Source of the DNA: Candidatus Latescibacterota bacterium
Lineage (GTDB): Bacteria > Latescibacterota > UBA2968
DNA: 64,000 bases
Direction: 5' to 3'
Assembly: GCA_965198115.1 (NCBI GenBank)
Contig: OZ240241.1
Span: forward strand, 7,520,001 to 7,584,000
Shown here: piece by piece, positions 57,384-64,000 of the stretch
How the letters are laid out: every line of letters begins with the position of its first letter
Numbering within the stretch: the first letter of the stretch is position 1
Position numbers and translations under genes: made by a program
The notes under the pieces: model-generated
Seen by the model: only the letters and a program-made list of their open reading frames with translations
Told to the model about the DNA's origin: nothing
The model's database searches: none

Positions 57384-59486
57384 GTGGACCCAAAGTGCTT
57401 TACGAATCGTGAACTCTCCTGGCTGAGCTTCAATCAGCGTGTGCTGAACGAAGCCCACGATCCGGTAAACCCGCTCCTGGAACGCGTCAAGTTTTTGGCT
57501 ATCGTCGCGAACAACCTGGACGAGTTTTTCGAGATCCGAGTGAGCGGACTGTTACAGCGGCTCGAGGCGGAGATCGTGGAGTCGGCAGCGGACGGCATGC
57601 TTCCGGAGGAACAGCTCGACGCCATCCACGACGAGACGCAGCGGATGGTGAAGGAGCAGTACGACTGCTGGAACGAAGAACTGTTGCCTGCTTTGCGACA
57701 GGCCGATGTTCATCTCAGGTCGATCGACAGTCTGTCGGACTACGAGCTGGCCTTCGTTCGGGACTATTGCCACCGAGAGCTGCATCCTGTCGTCACGCCC
57801 ATTACCGTGAATCCCGCCCATCCGTTTCCCCGTGTCGTCAACAAAGCGCTGTGTATCGCGGCGTTGCTGGAGGATGAGCAGGGGGAAACGCTCTTCGGCA
57901 CGGTGCAGGTGCCGCGTCTTCTTCCGCGTCTTATTCGCCTTCCCAGGGACGACGAGGGTCAGCGCGTGGACTACGTGTTCCTGGCCGATCTGGTTCAGAT
58001 GCATTTGCCCGAGCTGTTTCGTGGCTATCGGATTCTGTCGACGGTGGCGTTCAGGCTTACTCGAAACAGCGATCTCTACCTGGACGAGGAGGAAGCCGAG
58101 GATCTCATCATCGCGATCGAGGATGAGTTAAAGCGCCGTCGAAAGGGGGATGCGGTTCGTCTGGAGATCGAAGCGGACGCCCCCAAGGAAATCGTCGATC
58201 GGCTGATTTCCCTGAACGACCTGGAACCGGAGCAGGTCTACCGTGTCGAGGGTCCGGTCAACCTGAATCGGCTGATGATGCTCTGGAGCGCCACGCCGCG
58301 TCCTGATTTGAAGGATACGCCCTTCCAGGCGAGAGAAGTGACGTTTGGCGAGGATCCGGCCAGTATGTTCATCGAACTCGGGCAACGCGACCACCTGCTT
58401 CATCATCCTTACGACTCGTTCAACCCCATCATCCACTTTGTGAGTAACGCCGCGAAGGATCCGGATGTCCTGGCCATGAAGCAGACGCTCTATCGGACGA
58501 GCGACGATTCTCCAATCATAGCCGCCCTCATCCACGCCGCGGAAGCTGGTAAGGAAGTGACGGTTGTGGTGGAGCTCAAAGCGCGCTTCGACGAGGAGAC
58601 GAACATTCGCTGGGCAAGACGGCTCCAGGATGCCGGTGTCTGCGTGATGTATGGCGTCGTCGGGTTGAAGACCCATTGCAAACTGTCTCTGGTCATTCGT
58701 CGAGAGGGCGGCGGCATTCGTCGGTATGCCCATCTTGGCACGGGAAATTACAATTCGACGACCGCCAGGATCTACACCGATCTGGGACTGTTCACCGCTC
58801 GGGAGGCAATCACGAGCGAGGTGGCAGAGGTGTTCAACCTGTTGACGACGCAGTCGACAAAACCGGTTGTGAAGAAGCTCCTCGTCGCCCCGTTCACGAT
58901 GCTTGATTCGCTGTCGGACAAGATCCAACGCGAGATCGGACACGCCCGCGCCGGACGCCCGGCACGAATCGTCGGCAAGATGAACGCCCTGGTGGATGCC
59001 AAAATCATTCGGAATCTATACGAGGCGTCGGAGGCGGGTGTCGAGATCGACCTGATCGTGCGGGGGATCTGTTGTCTGAGGCCCGGCATTCCGAATGTGA
59101 GCGAGCGCATTCGGGTACGAAGCATCGTCGGACGCTTTCTCGAGCACTCGAGAATCTATTCGTTCGAGAACGGGGGAGATCCGGAAGTCTATATCGGGAG
59201 CGCCGACTGGATGCCGAGAAACCTCAGACGGCGTGTGGAGGTGCTCGTGCCCGTCGAAGATCCTGCGGTAAAATCACGGATCCGGGGCGAGATTCTGAGT
59301 TGCTGCCTCTGGGACAATACCAAATCGTGGAAGTTGTTGCCCGATGGGTCGCACGAACGTATCGGCCCCGGGCAGGACGAACCGTTCTCGGCACAGGGAA
59401 CGCTGATGGATGTGGCACGAGACGCCGAGACCAGCTTTCACAACGCGTTCGACGCGGGAGAACAGGCCGTTCGCGCTCCGGCGTGA
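57384..59486 (+). CDS. ppk1: Polyphosphate kinase 1
   Basis: NRELSWLSFNQRVL, HHPYDSF, KTHCK, GRFLEHSR, GSADWMPRNL. Confidence 0.97.
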   Translation: MDPKCFTNRELSWLSFNQRVLNEAHDPVNPLLERVKFLAIVANNLDEFFEIRVSGLLQRLEAEIVESAADGMLPEEQLDAIHDETQRMVKEQYDCWNEELLPALRQADVHLRSIDSLSDYELAFVRDYCHRELHPVVTPITVNPAHPFPRVVNKALCIAALLEDEQGETLFGTVQVPRLLPRLIRLPRDDEGQRVDYVFLADLVQMHLPELFRGYRILSTVAFRLTRNSDLYLDEEEAEDLIIAIEDELKRRRKGDAVRLEIEADAPKEIVDRLISLNDLEPEQVYRVEGPVNLNRLMMLWSATPRPDLKDTPFQAREVTFGEDPASMFIELGQRDHLLHHPYDSFNPIIHFVSNAAKDPDVLAMKQTLYRTSDDSPIIAALIHAAEAGKEVTVVVELKARFDEETNIRWARRLQDAGVCVMYGVVGLKTHCKLSLVIRREGGGIRRYAHLGTGNYNSTTARIYTDLGLFTAREAITSEVAEVFNLLTTQSTKPVVKKLLVAPFTMLDSLSDKIQREIGHARAGRPARIVGKMNALVDAKIIRNLYEASEAGVEIDLIVRGICCLRPGIPNVSERIRVRSIVGRFLEHSRIYSFENGGDPEVYIGSADWMPRNLRRRVEVLVPVEDPAVKSRIRGEILSCCLWDNTKSWKLLPDGSHERIGPGQDEPFSAQGTLMDVARDAETSFHNAFDAGEQAVRAPA

Positions 59487-59529
59487 CCGGCTCTACTGCG
59501 TAAATTGCATCGATAGCCCTGTGGCAATG

Positions 59530-59621
59530 AGCCCCCGTGCGGAGCACGGGGACGAGCGTAGCGCTTTGTTTGTTGATTAAGCAATGCGTATCGCTCGCCC
59601 CTGGGCTCTGCCCGGGGGCGC
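59530..59621. repeat. REPIN-like inverted REP doublet
   Basis: CCCCGTGCGGAGCACGGGGACGAGCG...CGCTCGCCCCTGGGCTCTGCCCGGGGGCG. Confidence 0.6.
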
Positions 59622-59625
59622 TGTT

Positions 59626-60332
59626 TTACTCACCACACGGGTTGCAGGGGTTCTTGCCTCCACAGGGATTGCACGGGTTCTCGCCGCAGGGATTGCAGGG
59701 GTTCTTCTTCCCGCACGGGTTGCACGGGTTACAGGCGTTGCACGGGTTCCCCGAGTCGGCTCCGGCTTCGATGAGCAGAGTCACGCGCACTTCGTCACCC
59801 AGTATACCGGCGGCGTCGGTCCAGCTGTTGACACCGAAATCAGAGCGCATTAGCGTCAACTCGGCCTGGAATCCAGCCACTCCCGCCTTGGTCATGGGGT
59901 GGGTACCGACGCCCAGTACTTCGACTGGAAGGACGATCTGCTGCGTACCGTGCAGCGTGAGATCTCCCGTGACCATCAGAGTCTCGCCCTTTTTCTCGAC
60001 GGTTCGGCTCTCGAAGGTCATTTCGGGATACTTCTCGGCGTCGAAGAAATCCGCACTACGAAGATGATTGTCACGCCGTTCGTTGTCGGTGTCGATGCTG
60101 ACGATCTGAATGGATGCCAGGACGGACGATTCACTGGGGTTGGCTTCGTCGTAGACGATGTGCCCCTTGAAGTCGTTGAACCTGCCGGTCGTCCGGCTGA
60201 CGATATGGCGTATCGAGAAGCTGACGGAAGAGTGGGCGGCTCGATGCTGTAGGCCGCGCCGAACCCGGTGCCTGTGTTGGCGAGGAAGGCTAAAACACCG
60301 AGTGCGAATCCACGGGTCAGTCGAAACAACAT
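59626..60332 (-). CDS. YceI family protein with Cys-rich CNPC-repeat tail (frameshift ~60240)
   Basis: Signal peptide MLFRLTRG...; [31 protein letters not shown]; tail with 10 Cys. Confidence 0.85.
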
Positions 60333-60399
60333 GGATGATGCTCCTTTCGGTAAGGACGCCGATTTGGAGAGAACGCGACGCCATATAGGTCGGGCAAAC

Positions 60400-61602
60400 T
60401 CAGAAAACCGGTCTATTCACCTCTCTGGGGAATGCCGGTGAACGAGCCAACCGGTACATCGACCAGGCGCCGAGCGCCGGCCCCGGAAACAGAAACGCGA
60501 ATGTCCACTCCCACGTGGCCCATTCGACGAGCAACGGGATGAGACGGATGGAGAACAACGTGAGCAGAAAGCCGAGTGATGTCTGAATCGTGAGTGCGGT
60601 GCCCACATACTCTGGATCGGACAATTCGGTGACGCTGGCCGAGAACTGTGCCGAATCGGCGACCACGGCGAATCCCCAGACGAGGCAGAAGGGGAGCAGG
60701 TAGAGAGGGGATGCGCCGAAAAGAAATCCGACGGTCAGACAACAGACCCCACTGAGGACCATCGATCCGATCGTGATAGTGGTGCGGCCATACCGGTCGG
60801 CAAGCAGACCCGCCACCACGCAACCGATCGATCCGATCCCGATCACGCCGAACCCGCCCAGGGCCGCCCAGCCGGCCGCTGCTGCCACACCACGCTCGAT
60901 GAAGCTCTCCGCCAGGAAGATCGGAATCCACGTCCACACTGCATACAGTTCCCACATATGGCCGAGGTAACCGAAGTTGGCCAACCGTACTTCCCGGTTC
61001 GTGAAGGCCTTGATGACGAATCGCCAGTTGAAGCGGGCTCCGCTCGTGCCGTGAGGACCGTCTTTGACGAGGAGGAAACAGATGACCCCCGCCGCGACGG
61101 CGGCGAGGCTCGCCGTGAGCATCAGGTGACGCCACTCCGGGCTCCCGACGACTTTGAGCAGGTGGGGCGAAGCGGAGCCGAGCGTGAGGGCGCCCACGAG
61201 GACGCCAATCGCCGTGCCACGACCTTGTTTGAACCACGTAGCCATGATTTTCATACCCGGTGGATAGACGCCCGCAAGCGTCGCGCCGGTGAGGAACCTC
61301 AACCCGAGCGTGACTTCGATTCCGTCGGCGACGATCGCAATCAATCCGTTGAACATAGCACCGAGAAGCGCGCTGACCGCGAATAGATGCCGTGCGTTGA
61401 GAATGTTCGACAGGTTCAGGAGTGCACTTAGCAATGTGCCCGTGACGAAGCCAGCCTGGACGGACATCGTCAGCCAGGCTTTGCTCGATTCGGTGAGCCC
61501 CCATTCAGCAGAGAGGGGATCGACGATGGCCGAAGCCGAGAACCACAGTCCCATACCCAGGCATTCGGCGACGGAAAGCCAGACGAGCATTCGCCACTTC
61601 AC
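60400..61602 (-). CDS. MFS transporter
   Basis: LWFSASA, VYPPGMK, GYLGHMWELYA, DSAQFS. Confidence 0.9.
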   Translation of the reverse strand: MKWRMLVWLSVAECLGMGLWFSASAIVDPLSAEWGLTESSKAWLTMSVQAGFVTGTLLSALLNLSNILNARHLFAVSALLGAMFNGLIAIVADGIEVTLGLRFLTGATLAGVYPPGMKIMATWFKQGRGTAIGVLVGALTLGSASPHLLKVVGSPEWRHLMLTASLAAVAAGVICFLLVKDGPHGTSGARFNWRFVIKAFTNREVRLANFGYLGHMWELYAVWTWIPIFLAESFIERGVAAAAGWAALGGFGVIGIGSIGCVVAGLLADRYGRTTITIGSMVLSGVCCLTVGFLFGASPLYLLPFCLVWGFAVVADSAQFSASVTELSDPEYVGTALTIQTSLGFLLTLFSIRLIPLLVEWATWEWTFAFLFPGPALGAWSMYRLARSPAFPREVNRPVF

Positions 61603-61623
61603 GGACCGTTCCTTGTGACGGGG

Positions 61624-61638
61624 GCAAAACTTGTGCCA
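61624..61638 (-). promoter_or_regulatory. sigma54 promoter upstream of MFS-yceI
   Basis: Minus strand TGGCAC-AAGTT-TTGC. Confidence 0.6.
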
Positions 61639-61809
61639 GATCTCGATCTGCGTTCCTTCGTGCTGAAGAAGCCACGGGGACAGTGTGTTCTGGCCGTTGA
61701 CGGCTATGTTGGACGTGGTATTGGGTCTATCGAAACCATGATAGGCCGGCTGACACTGCTCGCGTCAACCCGTGCAGCAGGAGTGCGGTGTCCGATAGGA
61801 GGATGGTGG

Positions 61810-62582
61810 CTACGCGAGACCCCGTTCGATCAAGATTCGTTGGAGAATGTCCGGACAGTCGGTGGTCATGCCGTCGACGCCCAGATCGACCAGACGGGTC
61901 ATTTCCTCTCCCTGATCGCGTCCCAATCCCCAGGCACGTACGAGGAGGCCCGCGTCGTGTGCCCTGGCGACCAGATCGGCGTCGATCTCAGTGCAGCGCG
62001 GGCCGATCGTGTCTGCACCCAGGTCGAGCGTTTGGGCAACGAGTTCGTCGACGGTCTTTCCGCTGGCGTGGAGTAGAGCCGTGACGGCCGCATTGGGTGC
62101 GAGTGCCTTGACCCGTGGGAGTTTGGGAAGATCGAAATGACGGTAAGGTTCTGGAGGCCGGCTTCGGTGATGGCGTCGAGAACGGCTGGAATGACCTCCT
62201 GCCCTTCGAACTTGAGCTCGACCACGATGTGGGCCCGATGGCCAAGGGTTTCGAGCACGTGTGCGAACGTCGGAACTCCAGTGTCCCGGTAGGATTCGCC
62301 CCGAGAGATTCCAGCGTCGAGCGCCAGAATCTGGTCGAGGGTCAGGTCGGATACCGCGCCTTCGCCATCGGTGGTACGGTCGACGGTCGCGTCGTGCATG
62401 ACGACGAGGTGATCGTCGGCGGTGATCTGGAGGTCGAGTTCGAGCCAATCGACACCCAGCTCCAGGGCTTTTTCGAACGAGAGGAGCGTGTTCTCGGGGT
62501 AGACGGCCGAGAAGCCACGGTGGGCGATGTTCAGAACCACGATATCCTCCCGAAATGCGGGTTTTCTCGCGAAATAGGCCAT
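61810..62582 (-). CDS. Glycerophosphodiester phosphodiesterase (frameshift ~62135)
   Basis: AHRG, PENT, ELD, HDATVDRTT, ELK, GVDGMTTD. Confidence 0.88.
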
Positions 62583-62637
62583 CGAGCGACGGAATCCGGC
62601 ATCGGCCCAACGTCGGCGAGCAAGATAGAGAAATCGC

Positions 62638-62664
62638 TAAAGGTCCGAAAGGACCGGCCGATTA
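62638..62664 (+). promoter_or_regulatory. sigma28 promoter
   Basis: TAAA-15 nt-GCCGATTA. Confidence 0.75.
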
Positions 62665-62702
62665 TATGAGAGAGAGGGGACCGACACACATTCTAAAATG
62701 CC

Positions 62703-63323
62703 ATGGATTTTCTGTCATCGACATCGGTAGAAACCGAAGCGCTCATTGCTCGATTCCGCGCCCATCGCAGGGAGACCGAGGCCCGCGTGAGCCGGACCGA
62801 CGTGAGTGTGGACGCGCACGCTACGGCGACGGTTCAGGGCGACAAGGTCGAAATTTCGCTGTCAGCCAACATGACTGTCGAAACCGTGAACGGAATCCTG
62901 AACGACTCCGTCATCGAGCAGATCAACAAGGCGATTCAGGAGGCTGGGATCGACCTCCGGATCGAAGAAGAGCTCGAATCGGATCAATCCCCGGAGGCGA
63001 CAGCGCAGAGAATCGTCGAGTTTGCGGCAGGTTTCCTCGATGGTTTCGAAGCTCAGCACGCGGGTGACACGGCGCTTGCGCGGATTAGCGGGTTCATGAC
63101 CCTGATTCGGGACGCCATACGGGAAGGCTTCACGGACGCACGAGACTTTCTGGAAAGCATCACGAAGCTGAGTGACACGATCAACGAGAACATCGATTTA
63201 ACATTCGAACTGACGAGCAGCTTCCTGGATGAATTCCATCAGGCGCAGCTCGAGGCCCTCAATGCGGAGCCGGATGAATCGGGCGGCTCCGGTGAGGGTG
63301 AAACGAAAGCGGAGGTCGTATGA
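62703..63323 (+). CDS. DUF5610-like protein
   Basis: SPEATAQRIVEFA...IREGFTDARDFL. Confidence 0.75.
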   Translation: MDFLSSTSVETEALIARFRAHRRETEARVSRTDVSVDAHATATVQGDKVEISLSANMTVETVNGILNDSVIEQINKAIQEAGIDLRIEEELESDQSPEATAQRIVEFAAGFLDGFEAQHAGDTALARISGFMTLIRDAIREGFTDARDFLESITKLSDTINENIDLTFELTSSFLDEFHQAQLEALNAEPDESGGSGEGETKAEVV

Positions 63324-63502
63324 CGCTCGACGCTGCTTCACAGCAGAGCGCGCTGGCAGCGCAACTGATTGAATCGGTCCTGGGAGCCTCTCAGCAGGCT
63401 CAGACCGATCTGGCCATGAAAATGGCGAAGATCTCGCTGGCTTCACAAGTCAGCACCTCGGCGCTCACGGGATCCGGGGCTGCGATCGATCTTCTCGCAT
63501 AG
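63320..63502 (+). CDS. Small YjfB-like putative motility protein
   Basis: Ala/Ser/Gln-rich, ends GAAIDLLA; ATGA overlap; sigma28 operon. Confidence 0.55.
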   Translation: MTLDAASQQSALAAQLIESVLGASQQAQTDLAMKMAKISLASQVSTSALTGSGAAIDLLA

Positions 63503-63528
63503 CATTCACGATAGCTTGCGTAGAATGG

Positions 63529-63558
63529 AGGCCGTCTCTTTCACGAGACGGCCTTTTT
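63529..63558 (+). terminator. Intrinsic terminator
   Basis: AGGCCGTCTC-TTTCAC-GAGACGGCCT followed by TTTT. Confidence 0.8.
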
Positions 63559-63667
63559 GCGTTTGCCTGTGAATCACGGGCAGCTCTGGACAAGCGCCCA
63601 TCGGATCGTCGATGGAACGACCGGAGGAGCGGCTTGACCGTGTGATCGCTCACGTCTATGTTCGGCG

Positions 63668-64000
63668 ATGATGCGAACAGGACCCTACTTTTTCTGCGGC
63701 ATCGGCGGGAGCGGCATGAGCGCCATCGCTCAGGTGCTCGCTGCTCGTGGTTACCGCGTTCGTGGCTCGGATAGGAGTCGCGATCACGGCCAGAACCCGG
63801 AGACGTATGAGCGACTGGAGGCCCAGGGTATCGAGCTTGTCGCTCAGGATGGCAGCGGGATCGATGACGATGCGTGGACAGTCGTCGTTTCGTCCGCGGT
63901 CGAGTCCTCCATACCCGACGTCAAAGCCGCGATAGAGAAGGGACTGCCGATCCGGAAGCGGGCGGAGCTACTGGCCGACCTCTTGCACGAAGGGTTCGGG
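63668..64000 (+). CDS. murC: UDP-N-acetylmuramate--alanine ligase family protein, 5' partial
   Basis: Manual translation FFCGIGGSGMSAIA..GSD..VVSSAV..RAELLA; TTGACC-17 nt-TATGTT just upstream. Confidence 0.85.
   Translation, partial: MMRTGPYFFCGIGGSGMSAIAQVLAARGYRVRGSDRSRDHGQNPETYERLEAQGIELVAQDGSGIDDDAWTVVVSSAVESSIPDVKAAIEKGLPIRKRAELLADLLHEGFG

Noticed and set aside
59537-60067. Plus-strand ORF with HGLQGF repeats
   Set aside because: Antisense of the YceI CNPC tail

Overview
GC-rich bacterial chromosomal window. The cohesin/dockerin proteins, repeated PhyH dioxygenases, sulfatase and flagellar genes suggest a Ca. Latescibacterota-like metagenomic contig (inference). More than 20 single-base frameshifts and three larger in-gene deletions point to an unpolished long-read assembly, so split ORFs are joined here. 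Contents in order: partial Glu/Leu/Phe/Val dehydrogenase, DUF420, a candidate 6S-like RNA, guaA, three secreted cohesin+dockerin proteins, ISAzo13 and IS630 elements with recoverable ends, and a PhyH/dehydrogenase/sulfatase/enolase catabolic block. Next come a sigma54-type flagellar operon (flgF-G-A-H-I'::'N-K-L-fliW-csrA), a sigma28-type GT/methyltransferase, thiT, an HDOD regulator, rsmD, a two-component pair, a GT2/GT39 module, fused glyQS, ppk1, yceI, an MFS transporter, a GDPD, a sigma28 DUF5610/YjfB pair and partial murC. The strongest hidden signal is a 90-aa DUF5069-like gene missing from the ORF track (44759-45031, minus). It has an in-frame UGA where I recall the family's conserved Cys, followed by a SECIS-like hairpin, making it a candidate new selenoprotein. 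Also notable: a YceI with a 10-Cys CNPC tail and a PhyH with a halogenase-like HxG motif.
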